The translations under genes were made by a program, and so were the position numbers. DNA of 64,000 nt. Source: Candidatus Daviesbacteria bacterium (GTDB lineage Bacteria > Patescibacteriota > Microgenomatia > Daviesbacterales > UBA10151). The notes beneath the pieces are model-generated. The model made no database searches. It had not been told where the DNA came from and worked only from the letters and a program-made list of their open reading frames with translations. Numbering within the stretch: the first letter of the stretch is position 1; the number at the start of each line of letters is the position of its first letter. Below are positions 1 through 9,688 of this stretch, one piece after another. The DNA lies in assembly GCA_016186955.1 (NCBI GenBank), contig JACPKP010000011.1, forward strand, positions 12,477 to 76,476. Direction: 5' to 3'.

Positions 1-595
1 GATGGGTTACAACGAGTACATTTCTCTTTACAAATTCCCTGACTAACATATCATTAAAACGACTGACTCTTGCCCTAACATCAGGTATGTTTTCACCCTG
101 CGGAAACCTGTACCAATAGCCCCCCATAAGTTTTTCAAGTAGTTTTTGCTCAGGGTGGAATACATAGAAAATTTTCCTGTCATTATAAAGCAGGCACAAA
201 CCATGCTCCCTTTCCCTCATCCTCTCTTCCTCTTTTATTTCAACTTTCGCCAGATCAGGCCAACCCCTTTTCATATGTTCAAAAGTGTCTTTGGTTCTTC
301 TATACGGAGACACAAAAATGATATCAGGCAACTTTATTAATGTTGAAAGCTTTTTTGCCATTTCCTCTGCCTGCCAACCGGCGCCCGGCGCCAAAGGGGT
401 ATTGTGGTCACTGACTTTTATTGAAAGCTCTTCCCTGACTTTTTCTGCAAAAAACCTTGTTGCTTTTGAAAGATGATTTTCTTCATAAGCTTTTAAAAAC
501 CTCTGGTATAAGGGATTATCCTTTTTATTTTTCTTAAACTCATTGTATGCTGAGATATCATGCCTTACCAGGGTTAGTGTTTCAGGCCATTTCAT
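1..595 (-). CDS. Histidine phosphatase (phosphoglycerate mutase-like) family protein, 3' end outside window
   Basis: Not in the ORF track. Manual translation from ATG 595: MKWPETLTLVRHDISAYN...IFVSPYRRTKDT...RFPQGEN...NVLVVTH, matching the RHxxS, SPxxR, GE and VTH motifs of the family. Confidence 0.8.
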   Translation of the reverse strand, partial: MKWPETLTLVRHDISAYNEFKKNKKDNPLYQRFLKAYEENHLSKATRFFAEKVREELSIKVSDHNTPLAPGAGWQAEEMAKKLSTLIKLPDIIFVSPYRRTKDTFEHMKRGWPDLAKVEIKEEERMREREHGLCLLYNDRKIFYVFHPEQKLLEKLMGGYWYRFPQGENIPDVRARVSRFNDMLVREFVKRNVLVVTH

Positions 596-660
596 ATATC
601 TTAGGGATTTTAGCACAAATACCCACTTTAACCAAATTTTTTGTCTGGTATAATGCGGCT

Positions 661-1986
661 ATGGTGCAGATAAAAGTTATCATCATGGGGGCAGCCGGAC
701 GGGATTTCCATAATTTTAATTTACTATATAGGGATAACCCTCGTTATCAGGTCATCGCATTTACAGCCTGCCAGATTCCCAACATCTCAGATAGAATTTA
801 CCCTGCCAGTTTAGCCGGCAAATTATACCCCAACGGCATCCCCATCTATCCTGAAGAGAAATTGAATGATCTCATCAGAAAACATAATATAGACGAGGTG
901 GTTTTTGCCTACTCGGATGTCTCCCATGAATATGTGATGGATAAATCTTCACTTGTTAATGCAGCCGGCGCCAACTTTACCTTATTAGGGACAAAACAAA
1001 CTATGCTGGAATCCAAAAAACCTGTTGTGGCGGTTTGTGCAGTCAGAACCGGCTCCGGCAAAAGCCAGGCTGCAAGAAAAGTCACCAGATACCTGCTTAA
1101 AAAAGGGCTTAAAGTTGTGGCAGTCAGGCACCCCATGCCTTACGGGGATCTTGCCAAACAGGAGACCCAAAGGTTTGCCTCATATGAAGACTTGGATAAA
1201 AATGAATGCACCATTGAAGAGCGGGAAGAATACGAACCATATGTTGAGCAGGGCATGGTGGTTTTTGCCGGGGTGGATTACGGAAAGATTTTAGAGCTGG
1301 CTGAAAAAGAGGCTGATGTCATAATCTGGGACGGGGGAAACAACGACACCCCTTTTTATAAACCTGACCTGCATATTGTGATTGCCGACCCGCACAGAAG
1401 TGGGAGTGAAAGTTCATATTATCCGGGGGAAACCAATGCCAGAATGGCTGATGTGTTGATTGTAAATAAAGTAAATACCGCAAAGGCGGAAAATGTCAGG
1501 GCTGTTATGGAAAACCTGGCCAAACTCAACCCTAAAGCAACTCTTATCAAATCAGACTCGGTCATAACAGTCAGCAATCCGGAGACAGTAAGGGGCAAAA
1601 AAGTCCTGGTTGTAGAAGATGGGCCAACCGTCACCCACGGCAACATGGCTTACGGCGCGGGATTTTTTGCTGCCAAAAAATACCATGCTCAAATTATTGA
1701 CCCCAGAAAGTTTGCCATCGGATCAATTAAGAAAACATTTGCCAAGTTTCCCCACTTAAAAGAGGTACTCCCTGCCATGGGTTACGGGGGAAAACAGATC
1801 CATGAGCTGCAAAGAACAATCAACTCCTCCAGCGCGCAGGCTGTTATTGTAGGGACACCGATAGACCTGGCCAAACTGCTCAAATTAACTAAGCCTTCCG
1901 CCAGAATAACTTATGATATAAAAGAGCATGGCACAGTGACTATAGAAAGTATCATGGCAAAATTTGTTAAAAAACACCAATTATGA
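661..1986 (+). CDS. COG2403 P-loop protein (cyclic 2,3-diphosphoglycerate synthetase-like; probable arginine synthetase ArcE-like)
   Basis: IIMGAAGRDFHNFN N-terminus, AVRTGSGKS Walker A, RHPMPYG, WDGGNND and VEDGPT motifs. Start at ATG 661, 6 nt after TGGTATAAT. Confidence 0.8.
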   Translation: MVQIKVIIMGAAGRDFHNFNLLYRDNPRYQVIAFTACQIPNISDRIYPASLAGKLYPNGIPIYPEEKLNDLIRKHNIDEVVFAYSDVSHEYVMDKSSLVNAAGANFTLLGTKQTMLESKKPVVAVCAVRTGSGKSQAARKVTRYLLKKGLKVVAVRHPMPYGDLAKQETQRFASYEDLDKNECTIEEREEYEPYVEQGMVVFAGVDYGKILELAEKEADVIIWDGGNNDTPFYKPDLHIVIADPHRSGSESSYYPGETNARMADVLIVNKVNTAKAENVRAVMENLAKLNPKATLIKSDSVITVSNPETVRGKKVLVVEDGPTVTHGNMAYGAGFFAAKKYHAQIIDPRKFAIGSIKKTFAKFPHLKEVLPAMGYGGKQIHELQRTINSSSAQAVIVGTPIDLAKLLKLTKPSARITYDIKEHGTVTIESIMAKFVKKHQL

Positions 1987-2924
1987 CATACCCTGAGAAA
2001 CAGACCACCTCTTCTGTGCTGATGGTCAGGCCTGCCAATTTCGGCTTTAATGAAGAGACTTTTGAAACCTGCCCATTCCAGACTAAAACCGATATGCCTG
2101 CTCCAATACTACAACAAAAAGCCCTTTTTGAGTTTGACCTGTTGGTGAAATATCTTAAACATGCCGGTGTCAATGCATTAGTTTTTGAAGATACCCCCTA
2201 TCCTGTAAAACCTGATGCAATCTTTCCTAACAACTGGATAACATTCCATGAAGGCGGAGATGTCATACTTTACCCGATGCTGGCCCCAAACAGAAGGCTT
2301 GAGAGGAGAATGGATATCTTAAACAGTTTGAGAAGGGACCACGGCTATCCCACCTCAACAATATTGGACCTTAGGCCTTTTGAGGAAAACAACCAGTTTC
2401 TGGAAGGGACAGGCAGTATGGTTTTAGACAGGGCCAGTAAAATTGTTTATGCCTGTATCTCGCCAAGAACCCATATTGAACCTTTGGAAAAATTCGCCAA
2501 AAATATGGGGTATGAAATTTTTACTTTCCATACCCGCGACAAGCTGGCAAAACCTGTTTACCATACCAATGTTGTTATGTCAGTAGGCGAAAAATACGCC
2601 GTAGCTTGTCTGGAGGCTGTGGCAGACAAAACAGAAGCAAGGAAGCTTGCAAAAAAATTAAAAGACACCAACCATAAGCTGATAAATATCTCCCTTGACC
2701 AGCTTTATGCTTTCTGCGGGAATATTTTAGAAGTCAAAAATACCAAAGGCGAGCCAATCACAATTATGTCTACCCAAGCATATAAAGCCTTCAATCCAAA
2801 ACAGTTATCTGTAATAGATAAGTATTCTGAAAGGATCACCTCGCCTGCATACACAATTGAGGCTACTAGCGGCGGGAGTGTCAGGTGCATGCTGGCAGAG
2901 ATCTTCCCTCCTGTTGATTCTTAA
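1983..2924 (+). CDS. Amidinotransferase/arginine deiminase-superfamily protein (CtlX/COG4874-like)
   Basis: MVRPANFGFN, PDAIFPNNW, LEGTGSMVLD, YHTNV and GGSVRCM (catalytic Cys) motifs. ATGA overlap with the upstream gene. Confidence 0.85.
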   Translation: MTYPEKQTTSSVLMVRPANFGFNEETFETCPFQTKTDMPAPILQQKALFEFDLLVKYLKHAGVNALVFEDTPYPVKPDAIFPNNWITFHEGGDVILYPMLAPNRRLERRMDILNSLRRDHGYPTSTILDLRPFEENNQFLEGTGSMVLDRASKIVYACISPRTHIEPLEKFAKNMGYEIFTFHTRDKLAKPVYHTNVVMSVGEKYAVACLEAVADKTEARKLAKKLKDTNHKLINISLDQLYAFCGNILEVKNTKGEPITIMSTQAYKAFNPKQLSVIDKYSERITSPAYTIEATSGGSVRCMLAEIFPPVDS

Positions 2925-2937
2925 AGTATAGTTTCCT

Positions 2938-3348
2938 TCATAATTCTGAAGCTAATTTAAAACCTTTACTTTTATAAAACTTGTCAAAACTGAATATTGC
3001 ATCAGCCTGATATTTTTGGGCAATTGCAGCCACAACTGCATCAAAAAGAGTATTATGTTTGCTTTTTTTGAAATCCATAAACAGACTTGCTTTTTGAATG
3101 ATTTCAATATCTACCGGCTCTATAGTAAGCTGGCCATCGTTCACCAACCGGATAACTTGGTTCGCCAATTCTGGTGAATTTAGTCTGCCTTGTAAAAAGG
3201 TTACAGTCTCAACTATGACGGTCGCTGGATAAATTAATGTAGCCCCATTTTTGACTAATCGGGTTGATATTTTCTGTGTATTCGAATGGTGCATATCTTG
3301 GGGGTCAAGATTGCCAATAAACCCATCGCTATCAACAATAATTATCAT
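2938..3348 (-). CDS. PIN-domain (VapC-like) toxin
   Basis: VDSD, VIVET, TLFDA and FSFD acidic PIN residues. Overlaps the antitoxin stop codon. Confidence 0.85.
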   Translation of the reverse strand: MIIIVDSDGFIGNLDPQDMHHSNTQKISTRLVKNGATLIYPATVIVETVTFLQGRLNSPELANQVIRLVNDGQLTIEPVDIEIIQKASLFMDFKKSKHNTLFDAVVAAIAQKYQADAIFSFDKFYKSKGFKLASEL

Positions 3349-3620
3349 GGCTTAATCTTAGGATTTCTCTTAGGCAGTCCCCACAAATAGTAATCGTGGT
3401 TTGAAGAAGCGTCTCTCGGACCCTTTATATTATGTTTTTTAGCAAATTCAGCTAGTTTTAATAGTACTTCCGCACCGCCTGGTTTTTGCTTCTCCATAAC
3501 TCCAAAACCAGCCTTTAAAGCATTTCTTATCACTTCTGCTTTACTGGTTTTCTGGGCTTTAGCGGCCAGGCTAATCTTTTGGTCAAGATCATCAGGAATA
3601 TATAGATAAGTTTTTAGCAT
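3345..3620 (-). CDS. RHH/CopG-type antitoxin (VapB-like)
   Basis: KTYLY...SKAEVIRNAL RHH, P.D.S.NHDYYL C-terminal motif, directly upstream of the PIN gene. Confidence 0.8.
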   Translation of the reverse strand: MLKTYLYIPDDLDQKISLAAKAQKTSKAEVIRNALKAGFGVMEKQKPGGAEVLLKLAEFAKKHNIKGPRDASSNHDYYLWGLPKRNPKIKP

Positions 3621-3627
3621 ATAACTG

Positions 3628-3668
3628 AATTATACCATATCTTGCAACATGTTGTACAATATGTTGTC
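3628..3668 (-). promoter_or_regulatory. Extended -10 promoter and probable operator of the vapBC pair
   Basis: TGGTATAAT (minus strand) about 7 nt before ATG. Palindrome CAACATGTTG 3645-3654 and near copy CAATATGTTG. Confidence 0.5.
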
Positions 3669-3678
3669 ATCTGACTTT

Positions 3679-5523
3679 TCACCCCGGGGTTTTAAAATAC
3701 AGCCCGCTGTGGGAGATTGGGAGAGAAAAGGAAAAAGTAGACCCAACTCCTTGTTTGGATTCAACCCAAATTTTTCCATGATGCGCTTCTATAATAGTTT
3801 TGCAATAATAAAGCCCCAACCCCACACCCGGGTAATTGTACTGCAAATAATCCGTACCCCGGTGGAATTTTTCAAACAGTGTTGGTAAAACAGCGCTATC
3901 AATGCCTATACCATGATCGGTCACACTTGTCACTAAACTATCTCCTTCAATCTTGATCCTCAATTCAATAATACCACCTTCGGATGAAAATTTAATTGCA
4001 TTATCTAAAAGGTTAACAACCACATCATGGATCCTGTTTTTATTTGCAGACGCCAAAGGCAAGTTTGGGGGGCAATTTAAAATTACTTTTAAACCTTTAG
4101 GTTTAATTAAAATGTCCAATACCTCAATAACATCTTGAATCAGCCGGCAGATGTCTGTTGGCTCAGTCTCAACCCTCATCCCCCCTGCACCCATAGAACT
4201 GATATATAACATCTCATCTACCAACCGGTTAAGATTGTCTACATTCTGATCTATTTTAAAAATGTAATCCTTACCTTTACTGTCTGAGATAATCTTATTC
4301 CTTATTACTGAAAGATATCCTTTAATAATAGTCAAAGGCGTCCTGAGATTATGGGATACTAAAACTATAAATTCATCCTTTAATTTATCCGTTTTTTTTA
4401 ATTCTTCTATCTGATTTTTGATAAGTCCCGCCATTGAGTTAAACTGCATCGCCAAATCTTCAATCTCATCTCCTGTAGCTACCAAAACACGGTAATCCAA
4501 ATTACCCCTCGCTATCGCCTGGGATGCTTTATACAACTGTTCTACCGGCCCTACTATTTTGCCGGTAAAAATAAGCGCTGTAAACACTGCCGCCAAAAGT
4601 ATAAAAATAGTTATTACTGTCGTAAAGATTGTTACCTGGCGGACGGCCTCAAATGCCACTGAGACAGTTTGTTCTGAAACTACCATCCAATCAGTTTTAA
4701 GTTCGTTTTTCCCCTGGTTTTGGAATGACAGGTTAACAGGGACGCCAAAAGCCAAAACTTCACTTCCAAGTTCATTATGAAAACTGCCCATCTGAGTATC
4801 AGCAGGTTTGAAGTTGCGGATTGCCCGGATAACCTCAACTTTTGAAAAATCTTTTTGGACTAACACATCGGATATGTCCGGATGGGCAATTACAATATTA
4901 TTTTCGTCGAGTATATATACCCTTGACAGTTTGGAGGTTTCAGAGATATTTTTGACAACATCCTGCATCACCCTGGCATCAACAATCCCAAAGACGGCTC
5001 CCATAAACTTATCCGCACTGTCAAGCACAGGAACACCAATTTGGAAAAATGGCCTTCCCTCAAACAGGTAGACAGGCCCAAGGTACCTTTTTTTACTTTT
5101 TACAGCTTGAAATTCGGGACTCAGCGACCTGTCAACCAGCTCATCTTTTGTAAATAACTTTAAAGTATTTTCACGCCTTTTTTCCGTGCCTTTATTGTCT
5201 ACTATAGCTATATCATTGAAGTTTATACTTTTGAATAGAACGTGCTCCAATAGGTTATTTTGGATGTCTTGGTCAAAAAGTTGCGGATCAATACTCACAT
5301 ACTCCAATACTCCAAATTGAGCTTCAACAAATGCTTCAACCTGTTCAGCAACATTTAAGGCGATCTGCTGGTTTAAGTTTGAAGCATTAAGTTTTTCTAT
5401 ATTTTGCAGGTTAAAAATTGTAATCGTCATCCCCAAAAGAACCGGCAGCAGGGCGATGCAAAGAAACAAAATCACAAATTTACTTCTTAATTTAATCCTC
5501 AAAAGCAACAACTTCCCCAACAT
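3679..5523 (-). CDS. Membrane sensor histidine kinase (Cache-HAMP-HisKA-HATPase)
   Basis: Two TM segments around a Cache-like region, HAMP (GDEIEDLA..FN.M), H-box VSHNLRTPL, N-box NLLDNAIKF, G1 DHGIGI, G2 GVGLGL. Confidence 0.9.
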   Translation of the reverse strand: MLGKLLLLRIKLRSKFVILFLCIALLPVLLGMTITIFNLQNIEKLNASNLNQQIALNVAEQVEAFVEAQFGVLEYVSIDPQLFDQDIQNNLLEHVLFKSINFNDIAIVDNKGTEKRRENTLKLFTKDELVDRSLSPEFQAVKSKKRYLGPVYLFEGRPFFQIGVPVLDSADKFMGAVFGIVDARVMQDVVKNISETSKLSRVYILDENNIVIAHPDISDVLVQKDFSKVEVIRAIRNFKPADTQMGSFHNELGSEVLAFGVPVNLSFQNQGKNELKTDWMVVSEQTVSVAFEAVRQVTIFTTVITIFILLAAVFTALIFTGKIVGPVEQLYKASQAIARGNLDYRVLVATGDEIEDLAMQFNSMAGLIKNQIEELKKTDKLKDEFIVLVSHNLRTPLTIIKGYLSVIRNKIISDSKGKDYIFKIDQNVDNLNRLVDEMLYISSMGAGGMRVETEPTDICRLIQDVIEVLDILIKPKGLKVILNCPPNLPLASANKNRIHDVVVNLLDNAIKFSSEGGIIELRIKIEGDSLVTSVTDHGIGIDSAVLPTLFEKFHRGTDYLQYNYPGVGLGLYYCKTIIEAHHGKIWVESKQGVGSTFSFSLPISHSGLYFKTPG

Positions 5524-5586
5524 ATACCCATCATACACAATTGACAAAAGAAGTTTTTGTCTGTTAAATTTAAATAGGAACCAATA

Positions 5587-6636
5587 ATGCTGCCTAAAAT
5601 TATCATAGCCCTAGTTTTAGTTGTTGTTGCGTCTGCAGCAGGCCTTTGGGTTTTGAACGGCGCCCCCAAAACAGATCAAATTAAAAAACCTGCCACGGTG
5701 AAAAGGATCGGTATTGTCCAATACCAAAAGATTTTTGAACCATCCATCAAGGGTTTTAAGGACGGTTTGGCGGAATCAGGATACAAAGAAGGGGAAAATG
5801 TAAGTTATGACGTACGGCTTGCCGACGGCAATAAAGATAAGTTAAAAGAAGGCGCTGACTATTTTTTAAACCAGAATGTTGACTTAATCTTTGCGGATTC
5901 TCCAGAATCTGCCTCTAGCGCCTTAAACGAATCTACGAGGTCCGGCAAAACTAACATACCGATAGTTTTTACAAACGGCACCAACCCTGACAAAGTAGGC
6001 ATAATCAAGAGTTTCAAATCATCCGGGAATAATACCACAGGCGTTGCGGTTGATTTTGCTGCTATCACAACAAAAAAACTTGAATTTTTAAAACGCATAA
6101 ACCCCACTATCAAAAAAGTAGGCGTTGTTTATGGCGCCGTATCTGACCCAACCGCTGATTTTAATATGAAGGTCTTAAGGGAAGCTGCAACAAAGTTTGA
6201 TATAAACTTGGTTGAATACAAATTACTTAAACCTCCCGGGCCTCTTTCTGCTCAAGAAGCTCAAAAATTGGTAGACAGCCTAAAACCTGGGGATTTTGAT
6301 GCCTATTTTCATCCTGCCGGCCCTGTTGTCAACTTTCCTGACACAAAAAAAGTTTTGATGGGTATCGGTAAAAAATTAAAAGTGCCTACTGTTTTTACCA
6401 GGGATTTTGACCCAAAAGAGGAAAGCTGGCTGTTATCTTATGGGCATGACTTTTTTGAAACAGGCAAACAGGCTGCAGAAATCGCTGCCAAGGTGCTCGG
6501 CGGTACCAAACCTGCTGATATCCCGATAGAATACCAGAAAAAAATCAGGCTGATTGTTGATTTACGGGCCGCAAAAGAGATTGGCGTCACTATCCCTGAA
6601 TCAATTTTGGCGATTGCTGATAAAAGAATAGAATAA
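5587..6636 (+). CDS. ABC-type substrate-binding protein (COG2984/ABC_sub_bind family), orphan
   Basis: N-terminal anchor, GFKDGLAESGY.EGENV, IPIVF..G.NP, SGNN.TGV, SYG.D...G.QAA, GTKPADIPIE. Confidence 0.85.
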   Translation: MLPKIIIALVLVVVASAAGLWVLNGAPKTDQIKKPATVKRIGIVQYQKIFEPSIKGFKDGLAESGYKEGENVSYDVRLADGNKDKLKEGADYFLNQNVDLIFADSPESASSALNESTRSGKTNIPIVFTNGTNPDKVGIIKSFKSSGNNTTGVAVDFAAITTKKLEFLKRINPTIKKVGVVYGAVSDPTADFNMKVLREAATKFDINLVEYKLLKPPGPLSAQEAQKLVDSLKPGDFDAYFHPAGPVVNFPDTKKVLMGIGKKLKVPTVFTRDFDPKEESWLLSYGHDFFETGKQAAEIAAKVLGGTKPADIPIEYQKKIRLIVDLRAAKEIGVTIPESILAIADKRIE

Positions 6637-6663
6637 TCTCCTGTATGATGGATTTGATTGTAA

Positions 6664-7359
6664 TCAGAACTCTTCTTTTTGCTCTGCTAATCCATCTGTT
6701 TCACTAACTACCCGGAGACTATCCACCGGGATCAAATCCCCGCATGCCGTTCCCTTTTGTTTTAACATCCCGGCCCTTTTAACCTGGCCAAGCCCCTGAT
6801 CCACTTTGCATGCCGAAGTTAACTCTATTTCCAAAGTTTCACACTCTTTTGGCTCATTTTTAGTTTGTAAAAAGATAGTAAAACACTGACCCTTTCCGGA
6901 GATATACCCTTTCGGCCAAACAATTCCATCATATGTTTTATCATCGTTATAAATTATTTTGACTGCCCCGTCCCTTTGACCATAGTACTGGTATTGATCA
7001 ACGTTAACTTCCCGTCCAAGCACCTGATTTGCTGAATCATAAGTTACTACTAAGCTATTGAACCGGTAAGTTCCTTCAATATTAGGCGGTTTATCCCCTC
7101 TATAAATTGTCATCCCGGCTGCCTCAACTTTCTCCATATCAATTTTATCCAGAATCGAATTCACCGGGCTTGGAAAATCTTGGCTGGGTTTTGTTACTTC
7201 TGCTTTAGTCTCTGTTTTGGTATTGGTAGTTATATTGGCCGGAGTTTGACTGCTTTGACTTTTCCTGTTGGTAAACAAATATCCAATCGCAGCGACTACC
7301 AATACCCCTATTAAAATTAAGACCACCGGGGGTATAAATCCACGCTCATTATTGGGCAT
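6664..7359 (-). CDS. Hypothetical exported protein with a prepilin-like N-terminus
   Basis: MPNNERG^FIPPVVLILIG: charged leader, GF, then a hydrophobic run. S/T/P-rich linker and a Cys-containing globular domain. Confidence 0.55.
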   Translation of the reverse strand: MPNNERGFIPPVVLILIGVLVVAAIGYLFTNRKSQSSQTPANITTNTKTETKAEVTKPSQDFPSPVNSILDKIDMEKVEAAGMTIYRGDKPPNIEGTYRFNSLVVTYDSANQVLGREVNVDQYQYYGQRDGAVKIIYNDDKTYDGIVWPKGYISGKGQCFTIFLQTKNEPKECETLEIELTSACKVDQGLGQVKRAGMLKQKGTACGDLIPVDSLRVVSETDGLAEQKEEF

Positions 7360-7488
7360 TATCTTTAGAATAGTCCAATGGTTATCTTCCGTCAATCCTT
7401 AGCACTTGACAAACCGGCAAACAGGGCTTGATACCTCCTCTTTGTCGGTTTGAGTTAGACACAAATTGTAGTATTTTGAGTATAGTAT

Positions 7489-8733
7489 ATGAATTCTTTA
7501 GAGAAGATTGTCCAAAAAGCTAAGAAGGTACTGGCTTCCAACAGACAAAAGGGCGTTTCAAAGTGGGGGGGAAGGGAGTATGATTTTGTTTGCCCGTCAG
7601 CTCAAAATTACCCTTTCCAATGGTTTTGGGACAGCGCTTTCCATGCTATTGCTTTGCTCCAAGTTGACCCCGGGCTTGCCAAACAAGAGATCATTTGTTT
7701 ACTCCAAGCTGCCCAACCTGACGGATTTATCCCTCATATGATCCTTTGGGAAAAATCATTACATAAGGCTGCAGAGAATAACTATTCCATTATTTTAGCT
7801 GATGAATTTTATACAGCTACCATCCAACCTCCTGTATTGGCCAGAGCGGTTTTTAGAATCTACCAAACCACTAAGGATAGGGAGTTTCTACTTCAGGTTT
7901 TACCTAAAACAATCAACTTTTTTAACTGGCTCAAAGAATACAGAGACCCTGATAATGATTCCCTGATATCCATTATCCAACCCGATGAGTCCGGATTAGA
8001 CGCTTGTTCAAAATACGACCTTTTATTCAATTTAAGCAGTAAGAAAAAACTTAATAAAGCTATGCGGTTTTTAGTTAAAAGTTATGTTCCTTTCAGAAAA
8101 GATCCTAAAAAATTACCTGCTCTCAATATTTTTAATTGGGAGGATGTCATGGTTAACTCAATCTATGCTGATGGACTGGAATGCTTAGAGTTTCTTTCAA
8201 AAGAAGCGGGATTTTCCGGACAAGCTGCAGAATTAAAGATAGAGTCACAGCAAACCATTAACTCTTTAATGGAAAAGTGTTGGGATAAAAAACGGGGAGT
8301 TTTTTGGGACCTATATGGGGAAGATGAAAAACAGGCTAAAATTCTCACTTTTTCCAGTATCTTCCCGTTAATCCTGAAAAACCTTGATAATTCGATCAAA
8401 GACCGTTTAATCAGTGAACATCTGTTGGATAAAAAGGAGTTCTGGCTGCCTTATCCTATCCCTTCCGTGGCAGCAAATGAACCAAGTTTTGTGCCTGATT
8501 TTACTAATAAAACAATTTGGAGAGGACCTTCATGGGTGAATATAAACTGGTATATTTGGCAAGCGCTCAAAGATGACCCCAGGCGCCAGAATATAGCTAC
8601 TGAGTTAGCCAACCGCACTTTAAAAATGGTTGAAATAGGAGGAATGAGGGAGTTTTTTAACCCATACACAGCCGAAGGTATGGGAGCTATTAACTTTGGT
8701 TGGACAACTCTAATTTTGGATATGATCTCTTAA
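7489..8733 (+). CDS. (alpha/alpha)6 glycoside hydrolase (GH63/MGH1-like, trehalase-like)
   Basis: YPFQWFWDSAF, IQPPVLA, DESGLD, WRGPSWVNINW, EFFNP.T.EG.GA..FGWT. Confidence 0.85.
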   Translation: MNSLEKIVQKAKKVLASNRQKGVSKWGGREYDFVCPSAQNYPFQWFWDSAFHAIALLQVDPGLAKQEIICLLQAAQPDGFIPHMILWEKSLHKAAENNYSIILADEFYTATIQPPVLARAVFRIYQTTKDREFLLQVLPKTINFFNWLKEYRDPDNDSLISIIQPDESGLDACSKYDLLFNLSSKKKLNKAMRFLVKSYVPFRKDPKKLPALNIFNWEDVMVNSIYADGLECLEFLSKEAGFSGQAAELKIESQQTINSLMEKCWDKKRGVFWDLYGEDEKQAKILTFSSIFPLILKNLDNSIKDRLISEHLLDKKEFWLPYPIPSVAANEPSFVPDFTNKTIWRGPSWVNINWYIWQALKDDPRRQNIATELANRTLKMVEIGGMREFFNPYTAEGMGAINFGWTTLILDMIS

Positions 8734-8766
8734 CTTCTGGCCATCCATAGCCTTATAAGGTCTGCT

Positions 8767-9000
8767 CTACGGTTTTTGCAGTGCTTTATCAAATGTAAAA
8801 ATCTGAATTTCTTCGATTTCTGATTTGGCTAACAAGAAACAATCAACTAAGCTCAGCTTTTTCTTCCTATAATTTTTTAAACTTTTTTTGAAAATGTCTC
8901 CATCTTGCACAGAGAAATATGACGCTGTAAGTATTGATTCAAGTTTATCAATAATCTGGAACCTGGGAAACTTATAGTATTTAGACAGGGCAAAGTGAAT
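8767..9000 (-). pseudogene. 5'-truncated PIN/VapC toxin remnant
   Basis: Manual translation IHFALSKYYKFPRFQIIDKLESIL...KKLSLVDCFLLAKSEIEEIQIFTFDKALQKP*. No start codon; cut at the hairpin starting at 9001. Confidence 0.7.
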
Positions 9001-9116
9001 CTACACCGCTTTAAAAAGCGGTGCATCTTCCTGTCATTCCCGCGAAGGCCTGCCTTGCCGGCAGGCAGGCGGGAATCCATAATTTCATTCATCCCCAGCT
9101 TTAAAAAGCTGGGGCT
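9001..9116. repeat. Cluster of nested REP-like palindromes
   Basis: CACCGCTTTAAAAAGCGGTG; TGTCATTCCCGCGAAGG[CCTGCCTTGCCGGCAGGCAGG]CGGGAATCCA; CCCCAGCTTTAAAAAGCTGGGG. Confidence 0.8.
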
Positions 9117-9179
9117 TTCTGAAATGACAGTAAATCCGTAGTACTCTCGAACAATTATAGAAAGATTATCAGTCTTAAA

Positions 9180-9635
9180 TTAAGATTCTATTGATGACTC
9201 TTCTGGATATCTTTTTCTTGTGTTCATAAATATAGGGCCTAAACCAACAATTAATGCTCCTGCGGCTGCTCCACCCCCAACCATAACTCTAGCCAAACCC
9301 CATGGTCTATCTTTTTGAGCTTGCTCTTCATATTTAGCTATTAACTCACTGGCGGGAACTCCTTGATCAAGTTTGACACAAACTTCTGTTGGATTCTTGA
9401 GGGAATAAACTGGTGGATCTAACCGGGTCAACACTTTCTCGCATTTATTTTTCTCAAAGTTAAATCTATACTCTCCAGAAGTTAAACCATCCGCTCCACC
9501 TGCGACTAACACTCCTCCACCTATCAAACAAATTCCAAACCAATTTAATTTTACCCTCTTAATTTCTTTGCCTAAATTTCTCCCGAATTCGATCATAATG
9601 TTGGGAATTGTATATTGAATTGATTGTCTTGTCAA
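9180..9635 (-). CDS. Hypothetical membrane protein
   Basis: ORF with two Gly-rich hydrophobic segments. Start uncertain. Confidence 0.5.
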   Translation of the reverse strand: MTRQSIQYTIPNIMIEFGRNLGKEIKRVKLNWFGICLIGGGVLVAGGADGLTSGEYRFNFEKNKCEKVLTRLDPPVYSLKNPTEVCVKLDQGVPASELIAKYEEQAQKDRPWGLARVMVGGGAAAGALIVGLGPIFMNTRKRYPEESSIES

Positions 9636-9688
9636 CTATGAGACTGACGCTTGAATTTTTAGTGTAATTACATAATAATAAAAGAGCT

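Noticed and set aside
547-660. 5' extension of the 479-aa ORF
   Set aside because: It overlaps the divergent phosphatase start and the promoter; family homology begins at ATG 661.
8877-9092. 71-aa ORF (MDSRLPAGKAGLRGND)
   Set aside because: It is a translation of nested palindromes and is out of frame with the real PIN remnant.
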